Assembly (NCBI GenBank): GCA_964016885.1
Contig: OZ024740.1
Location: 30,752,001 to 30,816,000, forward strand
Direction of reading: 5' to 3'
DNA: 64,000 bases
From: Eledone cirrhosa
Taxonomy: Eukaryota
The notes under the pieces: model-generated
Told to the model about the DNA's origin: nothing
The model's database searches: none
The model's input: only the letters and a program-made list of their open reading frames with translations
Translations under genes and position numbers: made by a program
Shown: piece after piece, positions 12,201 through 24,200 of the stretch
How positions within the stretch are numbered: the stretch's first letter is position 1
Layout: every line of letters starts with the position of its first letter

Positions 12201-15200
12201 TGTGGTGTGGTGTAATGTGGTGTGGTGTAATGTGGTGTGGTGTAGTGTAGTGTGGTGTACTGTTGTATGATTTGGTGTGGTGTAGTGTAGTGTGGTGAAG
12301 TGTGGTGTAGTGTGGTGTAGTGTAGTCTGGTGTGGTGTGGTGTAGTCTGGTGTGGTGTAATGTGGTGTAGTGTGGTTTAGTGTGGTGTAGTGTAGTGTGG
12401 TGTGGTGTAGTGTGGTGTAGTGTGGTGTACTGTTGTGTAATGTGGTGCGGTGTAATGTCGTGTGGTGTGGTGTAGTGTGGTGTAGTGTAGTGTGGTGTAG
12501 TGTGGTGCAGTGTCGTGTAGTGTGGTGTGTTGTGGTGTGGTGTGGTGTGATGTGGTGTGATGTGTAGTGTAGTGTTGTTTAGTGTGGTGTGATGTGGTGT
12601 AGTGTAGTGTGGTGTAGTGTGGTGTGGTGTAATGTGGTGGGGTGCAATGTGGTGTGGTGTAGTGTAGTGTGGTGTACTGTAGTGTAGTGTGGTATAGTAT
12701 GATTTGGTGTAGTGTAGTGTGGTGTAGTGTGGTGTACTGTAGTGTAGTGTGGTATAGTATGATTTGGTGTGGTGTAGTGTAGTGTGGTGTAGTGTGGTGT
12801 GGTGTAGTGTAGTGTGGTGTGGTGCGGTGTGGTGTCGTGTAGTCTGGTGTGGTGTAATGTGGTGTAGTGTGGTTTAGTGGGTGTAGTGTAGTGTGGTGTG
12901 GTGTAGTGTGGTGTACTGTTGTGTAATGTGGTGTGGTGTAATGTGGTGTGGTGTGGTGTAGTGTAGTGTGGTGTAGTGTGGTGCAGTGTAGTGTGGTGTG
13001 TTGTAGTGTGATGTGGTTTGGGGCTGTGTGTTGTAGTGTGATGTGGTGTGGGGCTGTATGGTGTAGTGTGGTGTGGTGTGGTATGGTGTGGCATAGTGTG
13101 GTGTAGTGTGGTGTGGTGTGGTCTGGTGTTGTGTGGTGTGGTGTGGTGTGGTATGGGGTAGTGTAGTGAGGTGTATAGTGGTGTAGTGTGGTTTAGTGTG
13201 GTGTAGTGTGGTGTAGTGTGGTATGGTGTAGTGTAGTGTGTGTGGTGTACTGTAGTGAAGTGTAGTGTGGTGTAGTGTGGTGTAGTGTTGTGTGGTGTAG
13301 TGTAATGTGGTGTGGTGTGGTGAGGTGTGGTGTCATGTGGTGTAGTGTGGTGTAGCGTGATGTGGTGTGGTGTAGTGTGGTGTGGTGTAGTGTAGTGTGG
13401 TGTAGTGTAGTGAGGTGTAGTGTGGTGTAGTGTAGTGAGGTGTAGTGTGGTGTACTGTTGTGTAGTGTGGTGTGGTGTGGTGTAGCGTGATGTGGTGTGA
13501 TGTGTAGTGTGTTGTGGTGTGGTGTGGTGTGGTCTGGTGTAGTGTAGTGTGGTCTGGTGTAGTGTAGTGTGGTGAGGTGTGGTGTAATGCGGTGTGGTGT
13601 AATGTGGTGTGGTGTAGTGTAGTGTGGTGTACTGTAGTGTAGTGTGGTACAGTATGATTTGGTGTGGTGTAGTGTAGTGTGGTGTAGTGTGGTGTAGTGT
13701 GGTGTGGTGTAGTATAGTGTGGTGTGGTGCGGTGTGGTGTCGTGTGGTGTAGTCTGGTGTGGTGTAATGTGGTGTAGTGTGGTTTAGTGTGGTGTGGTGT
13801 GGTGTAGTGTGGTGTAGTGTTGTGTGGTGTAGTGTAATGTGGTGTGGTGTGGTGTGGTGAGGTGTGGTGTAATGTGGTGTAGTGTGGTGTAGCGTGATGT
13901 GGTGTGGTGTAGTGTGGTGTGGTGTGGTGTAGTGTAGTGTGGTGTAGTGTAGTGAGTTGTAGTGTGGTGTACTGTTGTGTAGTGTGGTGTGGTGTGGTGT
14001 AGCGTGATGTGGTGTGATGTGTAGTGTGTTGTGGTGTGGTGTAGTGTGGTGTGGTGTGGTGCGGTGTGGTGTGGTGTGGTGTAGTCTGGTGTGGTGTAAT
14101 GTGGTGTAGTGTGGTTTTGTGTGGTGTAGTGTGGTGTGGTGTGGTGTAGTGTGGTGTAGTGTGGTGTACTGTTGTGTAATGTGGTGTGGTGTAATGTGGT
14201 GTGGTGTAGTGTGGTGTAGTGTGGTGCAGTGTAGTGTAGTGTGGTGCGTTGTGGTGTGGTGTGGTGTGGTGTGGTGTGGTGTGGTGTGGTGTGGTGTGGT
14301 GTGGTGTGGTGTGGTGTAGTGTGGTGTACTGTGGTGTGGTTTAGTGTGGTGCGGTGTAGTGTGGTGTGTTGTAGTGTGATGTGGTGTGGGGCTGTGTGTT
14401 GTAGTGTAGTGTGGTGTGGTGTGGTGTAATGTGGTGTGGTGTAATGTGGTGTGGTGTGGTGTAATGTGGTGTGGTGTAATGTGTTGTGTTGTAGTGTAGT
14501 GTGGTGTACTGTTGTATGATTTGGTGTGGTGTAGTGTAGTGTGGTGAAGTGTGGTGTAGTGTGGTGTAGTGTAGTCTGGTGTGGTGTGGTGTAGTCTGGT
14601 GTGGTGTAATGTGGTGTAGTGTGGTTTAGTGTGGTGTAGTGTAGTGTGGTGTGGTGTAGTGTGGTGTAGTGTGGTGTACTGTTGTGTAATGTGGTGTGGT
14701 GTAGTGTGGTGTAGTGTAGTGTGGTGTAGTGTGGTGCAGTGTCGTGTAGTGTGGTGTGTTGTGGTGTGGTGTGGTGTGGTGTGATGTGTAGTGTAGTGTA
14801 GTGTGGTGTAGTGTGGTGTGGTGTGGTGTATTGTGGTGGGGTGCAATGTGGTGTGGTGTAGTGTAGTGTGGTGTACTGTAGTGTAGTGTGGTATAGTATG
14901 ATTTGGTGTAGTGTAGTGTAGTGTGGTGTAGTGTGGTGTGGTGTAGTGTATGTGGTGTGGTGCGGTGTGGTGTGGTGTGGTGTAGTCTGGTGTGGTGTAA
15001 TGTGGTGTAGTGTGGTTTAGTGTGGTGTAGTGTAGTGTGGTGTGGTGTAGTGTGGTGTACTGTTGTGTAATGTGGTGTGGTGTAGTGTGGTGTAGTGTGG
15101 TGCAGTGTAGTGTGGTGTGTTGTGGTGTGCTGTGGTGTGGTGTGGTGTGGTGTGGTGTGGTGTGGTATAGTGTGGTATAGTGTGGTGTGGTGTAGTGTGG

Positions 15201-18200
15201 TGTAGTGTGGTGTACTGTGGTGTGGTTTAGTGTGGTGCGGTGTAGTGTGGTGTGTTGTAGTGTGATGTGGTGTGGGGCTGTGTGTTGTAGTGTGATGTGT
15301 GGGGCTGTGTGGTGTAGTGTGGTGTGGTGTGGTATGGTGTGGTGTGGTGTGGTATAGTGTAGTGTAGTGAGGTGTATAGTGGTGTAGTGTGGTTTAGTGT
15401 GGTGTAATGTGGTGTAGTGTGGTATGGTGTAGTGTAGTGTGGTGTGGTTAACTGTAGTGTAGTGTGGTGTAGTGTGGTGTAGTGTTGTGTGGTGTAGTGT
15501 AATGTGGTGTGGTGTGTTGTGGTGAGGTGTTGTGTAATGTGGTGTAGTGTGGTGTAGTGTGGTGTAGTGTGGTGTGGTGTGGTGTAGTGTAGTGTGGTGT
15601 AGTGTAGTGTGGTGTAGTGTAGTGAGGTGTAGTGTGGTGTAGTGTAGTGAGGTGTAGTGTGGTGTACTATTGTGTAGTGGGGTGTGGTGTGGTGTAGCGT
15701 GATGTGGTGTGATGTGTAGTGTGTTGTGGTGTGGTGTGGTGTGGTCTGGTGTAGTGTAGTGTGGTCTGGTGTAGTGTAGTGTGGTGTGGTGTGGTGTGGT
15801 GTAATGTGGTGTGGTGTAATGTGGTGTGGTGTGGTGTAATGTGGCGTGGTGTAGTGTAGTGTGGTGTACTGTAGTGTAGTGTGGTATAGTATGATTTGGT
15901 GTGGTGTAGTGTAGTGTGGAGTAGTGTGGGGTAGTGTGGTGTTGTGTAGTGTAGTGTGGTGTGGTGCGGTGTGGTGTGGTGTGGTGTAATGTTGTGTTGT
16001 GTGGTGTAGTGTGGTGTAGTGTAGTGTAGTGTGGTGCAGTGTAGTATAGTGTGGTGTGTTGTGGTGTGGTGTGGTGTGTTGTGGTGTGGTGTGGTGTGTA
16101 GTGTGGTGTGGTGTATTGTGGTGTATTGTGGTGTAGTGTGGTGTACTGTGGTGTGGTTTAGTGTGGTGTGTTGTAGTGTGATGTGGTGTGGGGCTGTGTG
16201 TTGTAGTGTGATGTGGTGTGGGGCTGTGTGGTGTAGTGTGGTGTGGTGTGGTGTGGTGTTGTGTAGTGTGGTGTGGTGTGGTATAGTGTAGTGTACTGAG
16301 GTGTATAGTGGTGTAGTGTGGTTTAGTGTGGTGTAGTGTGGTGTAGTGTGGTATGGTGTAGTGTAGTGTATGTGGTGTACTGTAGTGAAGTGTAGTGTGG
16401 TGTAGTGTGGTGTAGTGTAGTGCGGTGTAGTGTAATGTGGTGTGGTGTGGTGTGGTGAGGAATGGTGTAATGTGGTGTAGTGTGGTGTAGCGTGATGTGG
16501 TGTGGTGTAGTGTGGTGTAGTGTGGTGTAGTGTAGTGTGGTGTAGTGTAGTGAGGTCTAGTGTGGTGTACTGTTGTGTAGTGTGGTGTGGTGTAGCGTAA
16601 TGTGGTGTGATGTGTAGTGTGTTGTGGTGTGGTGTGGTGTGGTGTAGTCTGGTGTTGTGTAATGTGGTGTAGTGTGGTGTAGTGTAGTGTGGTGTGGTGT
16701 GGTGTGGTGTAGTGTGGTGTACTGTTGTGTAATGTGGTGTGGTGTAATGTGGTGTGGTGTAGTGTGTTCTAGTGTAGTGTAGTGTACTGTAGTGTAGTGT
16801 GGTCTAGTGTGGTGCAGTGTAGTGTAGTGTTGTGTGTTGTGGTTTGGTGTGGTGTGGTGTGGTGTAGTGTGGTGTAGTGTGGTGTGCTGTGGTGTAGTGT
16901 GGTGTACTGTGGTGTGGATTAGTTTGGTGCGGTGTACTGTGGTGTGTTGTAGTGTGATGTGGTGTGGGGCTGTGTGTTGTAGTGTGATATGGTGTGGGGC
17001 TGTGCGGTGTAGTGTGGTGTGGTGTGGTATGGTGTGGCATAGTGTGGTGTGGTGTGGTGTTGTGTAGTGTGGTGTGGTGTGGTATAGTGTAGTGTAGTGA
17101 AGTGTATAGTGGTGTAGTGTGGTTTAGTGTGGTGTAGTGTGGTGTAGCGTGATGTGGTTTGGTGTAGTGTGGTGTAGTGTAGTGTGGTGTAGTGTAGTGA
17201 GGTGTAGTGTAGTGTGGTGTAGTGTAGTGTGGTGTATTGTGGTGCAGTGTAGTGTAGTGTGGTGTGTTGTGGTGTAGTGTGGTGTGGTGTGGTGTAGTGT
17301 AGTGTGGTGTGGTGCGGTGTGGTGTGGTGTGGTGTGGTGTGGTGTGGTGTGGTGTGGTGTGGTGTGGTGTTGTGTGGTCTGGTGCAGTGTGGTGTAATGT
17401 AATGTGGTGTAGTGTAATGTGGTGTAGTGTGGTGTGGTATGGTGTGGTGTAGTGTGGTGTAGTGTAGTGTGGTTTAATGTGGTGTACTGTTGTGTAGTGT
17501 GGTGTGGTGTGATGTGGTGTGGTGTGATGTGTAGTGTAGTGTGGTGTTGTTTAGTGTGGTGTGGTCTGGTGTAGTGTAGTGTGGTGTGGTGTGGTGTAAT
17601 GTGGTGTGGTGTAGTATGGTGTAGTGTAGTGTGGTGTACTGTAGTGTGGTGTAGTGTGATGTGGTGTGGTGTGGTGTAGTGTGGTGTAGTGTGGTGTGGT
17701 GTAGTGTAGTGTAGTGTGGTGTGGTGTGGTGTGGTGTGGTGTAGTGTGGTGTGGTGTGGTGTGGTGTTGTGTGGTCTGGTGCAGTGTGGTGTAGTGTGGT
17801 TTAGTGTGGTGTAGTGTATTGTGGTGTGGTGTAGTGTGGTGTAGTGTGGTGTAGTGTGGTGTAGTGTGGTGTAGTTTGGTGTACTGTGGTGTGGTTTAGT
17901 GTGGTGCGGTGTAGTGTGGTGTGTTGTAGTGTGATGTGGTGTGGGGCTGTGTGTTGTAGTGTGATGTGGTGTGGGGCTGTGTGGTGTAGTGTGGTGTGGT
18001 ATGGTGTGGCATAGTGTGGTGTAGTGAAGTGTATAGTAGTGTGGTATGGTGTAGTGTAGTGTGGTGTGGTGTACTGTAGTGAAGTGTAGTGTGGTGTAGT
18101 GTGGTGTAGTGTAGTGTGGTGTACTGTGGTGTAGTGTAATGTGGTGTCGTGTGGTGTGGTGTGGTGTGGTGTGGTTAGGTGTAGTGTGGTGTAGTGTAGT

Positions 18201-21200
18201 GAAGTTTGGTGTAGTTTAGTGTGGTGTAGTGTGGTGTGGTGTATTGTGGTGTGGTGTAGTGTGGTGTGGTATCGTGTGGTGTGGTTTAGTGTGGTGTGAT
18301 GTAGTGTGGTGTGTTGTAGTGTGGTGTTGTGTGATGTGGTGTGGTGTAGTGTGGTGTGGTTTGGTGTGGCATAGTGTGGTGTGGTGTGGTGTTGTGTTGT
18401 GTTGTGTAGTGTAGTGTGGTGTGGTATAGTGTAGTGTAGTGAAGTGTATAGTAGTGTGGTATGGTGTAGTGTAGTGTGGTGTGGTGTACTGTAGTGAAGT
18501 ATAGTGTGGTGTAGTGTGGTGTAGTGTAGTGTGGTGTACTGTGGTGTAGTGTAAAGTGGTGTGGTGTGGTGTGGTGTGGTGTAGTGTAGTGAGGTGTGGT
18601 GTAGTGTAGTGTAGTGTGTTTTAATGTGGTGTACTGTTGTGTAGTGTGGTGTGATGTGGTGTGATGTGTAGTGTAGTGTGGTGTTGTTTAGTGTGGTGTG
18701 GTCTGGTGTAGTGTAGTGTGGTGTAATGTGGTGTGGTGTAATGTGGTGTGATGTGGTGTAATGTGGTGTGGTGTAGTGTAGTGTGGTGTAGTGTAGTGTA
18801 CTGTAGTGTAGTGTGGTGTAGAGTGATGTGGTGTGGTGTAGTGTAGTGTGGTGTAGTGTGGTGTAGTGTGGTGTGGTGTAGTGTAGTGTGGTGCTGTGTG
18901 GTGTGGTGTGGTGTATTCTGGTGTGGTGTAATGTGGTGTAGTGTGGTTTAGTGTGGTATAGTGTAGTGTGGTGTGGTGTAGTGTAGTGTAGTGAAGTGTA
19001 TAGTAGTGTGGTGTGGTGTACTGTAGTGAAGTGTAGTGTGGTGTAGTGTGGTGTAGTGTAGTGTGGTGTACTGTGGTGTAGTGTAATGTGGTGTGGTGTG
19101 GTGTGGTGTAGTGTGGTGTAGTGTAGTGTAGTGTAGTGTAGTGTAGTGTAGTGTAGTGTAGTGTAGTGTAGTGGTGTAATGTGGTGTACTGTTGTGTATT
19201 GTGGTGTGGTGTGATGTGGTGTGATGTGTAGTGTAGTGTGGTGTTGTGTGGTGTGGTCTGGTGTAGTATAGTGTAGTGTAGTGTGGTGTAATGTGGTGTG
19301 GTGTGTTGTAGTGTGGTGTAGTGTAGTGTGGTGTACTGTAGTGTAGTGTAGTGTAGTGTGATGTGGTGTCGTGTAGTGTACTGTGGTGTAGTGTGGTGTA
19401 GTGTGGTGTGGTGTAGTGTAGTGTAGTGTGGTGTGGTGCGGTGTGGTGTGGTCTAGTGTGGTGTTGTGTGGTGTGGTGTTGTGTGGTCTGGTGCAGTGGG
19501 GTGTAGTGTAATGTGGTGTAGTATGGTGTTTTAAGGTCTGGTGTGGTGTGGTTTTGTTTGGTTTAGTGTGGTGTGGTGTAGTGTGGTGTGGTGTGGTGTA
19601 GTTTTGTGTGATGTAGTTTGGTGTAGTGTGGTGTGGTGTAGTGTGGTATAGTGTGGTGTAGTGTGGTGTAGTGTGGTGTAGTGTGGTGTGGTGTAGTGTG
19701 GTGTAGTGTAGTCTGGTGTAGTGTGGTGTAGTGTAATGTGGTGTGGTGTGGTGTGGTGAGGTATGGTGTAGTGTGGTGTAGTGTGGTGTGGTGTGATGTG
19801 GTGTATTGTAGTGTGGTGTAGTTTGGTGTGGTGTGGTGTTGTGTATTGTAGTGTGGTGAAGTGTAGTGTGGTGTAGGGTGGTGTAATGTGGTTTAGTGTG
19901 GTGTAGTGTAATGTCGTGTGGTATGGTGTGGTGTGGTGTGGTGAGGTATGGTGTAGTGTGGTGTAGTGTAGTGAGGTGTAGTGTAGTGTGGTGTAGTGAG
20001 GTGTGGTTTGGTGTGGTGTAGTGTAGTGTGGTGTAGTGTAGTGTGGTGTGGTGTAGTCTGGTGTGGTGTATTGTGGTGTAGTGTGGTTTAGTGTGGTGTA
20101 CTGTTGTGTGGTGTGGTGTGATGTGGGGTGATGTGTAGTGTAGTGTGGTGTTGTGTGGTGTGGTCTGGTGTAGTGTAGTGTGGTGTAGTGTGGTGTGGTG
20201 TGGTGTAATGTGGTGGGGTACAATGTGGTGTGGTGTAATGTGGTGTGGTGTGGTGTGGTGTAATGTGGTGTGGTGTGGTGTGGTGTAGTGTGGTGTAGTG
20301 TAGTGTGGTGTACTGTAGTGTAGTGTGGTATAGTATGATTTGGTGTGGTGTAGTGTAGTGTGGTGTACTGTGGTGTAGTGTGGTGTGGTGTAGTGTAGTG
20401 TGGTGTGGTGCGGTGTGGTGTTGTGTGGTGTAGTCTGGTGTGGTGTAATGTGGTGTAGTGTGGTTTAGTGTGCTGTAGTGTATTGTGGTGTAGTGTGTTG
20501 TAGTGTGGTGTACTTTGTGTAATGGGGTGTGGTGTAATGTGGTGTAGTGTGGTGTAGTGTAGTGTGGTGTAGTTTGGTGCACTGTAGTGTAGTGTGGTGT
20601 GTTGTGGTGTGGTGTGGTGTGGTGTAGTGTGGTGTGGTGTGGAGTAGTGTGGTGTAGTGTAGTGTACTGTGGTGTGGTTTAGTGTGGTGCGGTGTAGTGT
20701 GGTGTGTTGTAGTGTGATGTGGCGTGGGGCTGTGTGGTGTAGTGTGGTGTGGTGTGGTATGGTGTGGCGTAGTGTGGTGTGATGTGGTGTGGTGTTGTGC
20801 ATTGTGGTGTGGTGTGGTATAGTGTATTGTAGTGAGGTGTATAGTGGTGTAGTGTGGTGTAGTGTGGTGTAGTGTGGTATGGTGTAGTGTAGTGTGTGTG
20901 GTGTACTGTAGTGAAGTGTATTGTAGTGTGGTGTAGTGTAATGTGGTGTGGTGTGGTGTGGTGAGGTATGGTGTAATGTGGTGTAGTGTGGTGTAGCGTG
21001 ATGTGGTGTAGTATGGTGTAGTGTGGTGTAGTGTAGTGTGGTGTAGTGTAGTGAGGTGTGGTGTACTGTTGTGTAGTGTGGTGTGGTGTGGTGTAGCGTG
21101 ATGTGGTGTGATGTGTAGTGTATTGTGGTGTGGTGTAGTGTGGTGTGGTGTGGTCTGGTGTAGTGTAGTGTGGTCTGGTGTAGTGTAGTGTGGTGTGGTG

Positions 21201-24200
21201 TGGTGTAATGTGGTGTGGTGTAATGTGGTGTGGTGTGGTGTAATGTGGTGTGGTGAAATGTGGTGTGGTGTGGTGTTGTGTAGTGTGGTGTACTGTAGTG
21301 TAGTGTGGTGTGGTGTAGCGTGGTGTGGTGTAGTGTAGTGTAGTGCAGTGTAGTGTGGTGTGGTGCGGTATGGTTGGTGTGGTGTAGTCTGGTGTTGTGT
21401 AATGTGGTGTAGTGTGGTTTAGTGTAGTGTGATGTGGTGTGGTGTAGTGTGGTGTACTGTTGTGAAATGTGGTGTGGTGTGGTGTAATGTGGTGTGGTGT
21501 AATGTGGTGTGGTGTGGTGTAGTGTAGTGTGGTGTACTGTAGTGTAGTGTGGTGTATTGTGGTGCCGTGTAGTGTGGTGTGGTGTAGTGTGGTGTGGTGT
21601 GGTGTGGTGTGGTGTGGTGTGGTGTAGTGTGGTGTCGTTTAGTGTGGTGTAGTGTGGTGTGGTGTGGTGTGGTGTAGTGTGGTGTAGTGTGGTGTGGTAT
21701 CGTGTGGTGTGGTTTGGTGTGGTGTGGTGTAGTGTGGTGTGTTGTAGTGTGGTGTGGTGTGATGTGGTGTGGGGCTGTGTGATGTAGTGTGGTGTGGTTT
21801 GGTGTGGCATAGTGTGGTGTGGTGTGGTGTGGTGTTGTGTTGTGTTGTGTTGTGTAGTGTGGTGTGGTATAGTGTAGTGTAGTGAAGTGTATAGTAGTGT
21901 GGTATGGTGTAGTGTAGTGTGGTGTGGTGTACTGTAGTGAAGTGTAGTGTAGTGTAGTGTGGTGTAGTGTAGTGTTGTTTAATGTGGTGTACTGTGGTGT
22001 GATGTGATGTGGTGTGATGTGTAGTGTGGTGTTGTGTGGTGTGGTCTGGTGTAGTGTAGTGTAGTGTGGTGTAGTGTGGTGTGGTGTGGTGTGGTGTAAT
22101 GTGGTGTGGTGTAATGTGGTGTGGTGTGGTGTAATGTGGTGTGGTGTGCTGTAGTGTGGTGTAGTGTAGTGTGGTGTAGTGTAGTGTGGTGTACTGTAGT
22201 GTAGTGTGGTGCAGTGTGGTGCAGTGTAGTGTAGTGTGGTGTGTTGTGGTCTGGTGTGGTGTAGTGTGATGTTGTGTGGTGTAGTGTAGTGTGGTGTAGT
22301 GTGGTGTGGTCTAGTGTAGTGTAGTGCGGTGTGGTGTGGTGTAGTCTGGTGTGGTGTAATGTGTTGTAGTGTGGTGTAGTGTAGTGTGGTGTGGTGTAAT
22401 GTGGTGTGGTGTAATGTGGTGTAGTGTGATTTAGTGTGGTGTAGTGTAGTGTGATGTGGTGTGGTGTAGTGTGGTGTAGTGTGGTGTACTGTTGTGTAAT
22501 GTGGTGTGGTATGGTGTAATGTGGTGTGGTGTAGTTTAGTGTGATGTACTGTAGTGTGGTGTAGTGTGGTGCAGTGTAGTGTGGTGTAGTGTAGTGTTGC
22601 GTGGTGTAGTGTGGTGTAGTGTGGTGTGGTGTGGTGTGGTGTAGTGTGTCGTTTTAGTGTGGTTTTGTGTAGTGTAGTGTAGTGTGGTGTAGTGTGGTGC
22701 AGTGTAGTGTGGTGTAGTGTAGTGTGGTGTGGTGTAGTGTGTTGTGGTGTATTGTGGTGTGGTGTAGTGTAGTGTGGTGTAGTGTTGTGTGGTGTGCTGT
22801 AGTGTAGTGTGCTGTGCTGTGGTAAGGTGTAGTGTAGTGAGGTTTAGTGCCGTGTGGTGTGGTGTGGTGTAGTGTGATGTAATGTCGTTTAGTGTGGTGT
22901 GGTGTAGTGTGGTGTAGTGTGGAGTGGTGTGGTGTGGTGTAGTGAGGTTTGGTGTAGTGTGGTGTGGTGTGGTGTAGTGTGGTGTAGTGTTGTTTGGTCC
23001 AGTGTGTTGTAGTTTGGTGTGGTGTGATATAGTGCGTTGTAGTGTGGGGTGGTGTAGTGTAGTGTAGTGTAGTGTGGTGTAGTGTGATCTAGTGTAGTGT
23101 AGTGCGGTGTGTTGTGGTGCGGTTTAGTCTTGTGTGGTGTGGTATGTTGTAGTGTAGTGTGGTGTAGTGTGGTGTGGTGTGTAGTAGTGTGGTTTTGTGT
23201 GGTGTGGTGTAGGGTGTTGTGGTGTAGTGTGTTGTGGTGTAGTGTGGTGTGTTGTGGTCTAGTGTGGTGTGTTGTGGTGTAATGTGATGTGGTGTGGTGT
23301 GGTGTAGTGTGGTGTAGTGTTGTGTGGTATAGTATTGTGTCGTGTACTGTGGTGTAGTGTGATGTGGTGTGGTGTGGTGTAGTGTGGTTTAGTGTGGTGT
23401 AGTGTGGTTTAGTGTGGTGTGGTGTACTGTAGTGTGGTGTGGTGTGGTGTGGTGTGGTGTGATGTGGTATAGTGAAGTGTAGTGTGGTGTAGTGTGGTGT
23501 AGTGTTGTGTGATTTACTGTACTGTAGTGTGGTGTAGTGTAGTGTGGCGTGGTGTGGTGTGGTGTGGTTTGGTGTGGTGTGGTGTGGTGTAATGTGGTGT
23601 GGGTAGTGTGGCGTGGTGTGGTGTGGTGTGGTGTGGTGTGGTGTGGTGTGGTGTGTTGTGGTGTGGTGTGGTGTCGTGTGCTTTCGTGTGGTGTAATGTA
23701 GTGTGGTGTGGTGTAATGTGGTGTTGTGTAACGTGGTGTCGTGTGGTGTGATGTAGTTTAGTGTGGTGTGGTAAGGTGAGGTGTAGTGTGGTTTAGTGTG
23801 GTGTAGTGTAGTGTGGTGTGGTGTGGTGTAGTGTGGTGTAGTGTGGTGTAGTGTAGTGTGGTGTGGTGTGGTGTAGTGTGGTGTAGTGTGGTGTGCTGTT
23901 GTGTAGTCTGGTGTAGTGTGGTGTGGTGTGATGTGTAGTGTAGTGTAGTGAAGTGTAGTGTGGCGTGGTTTAGTGTGGTGTGGTGTGGTGTGGTCGTGTG
24001 TAGTGTAATGTAGTGTGGTGTAGTGTGGTGTGGTGTAATTTGGTGTGGTGTAATGTGGTGTGGTGTGGTGTATGTGATGTGGTGTAATGTGGTGTGGTGT
24101 AGTGTGGTGTACTGTAGTGTGGTGTATTGTAGTGTGGTGTAGTGTGATGCAGTGTAGTGTGGTGTAGTGTAGTGTGGCGTGGTGTAGTGTGGTGTAGTGT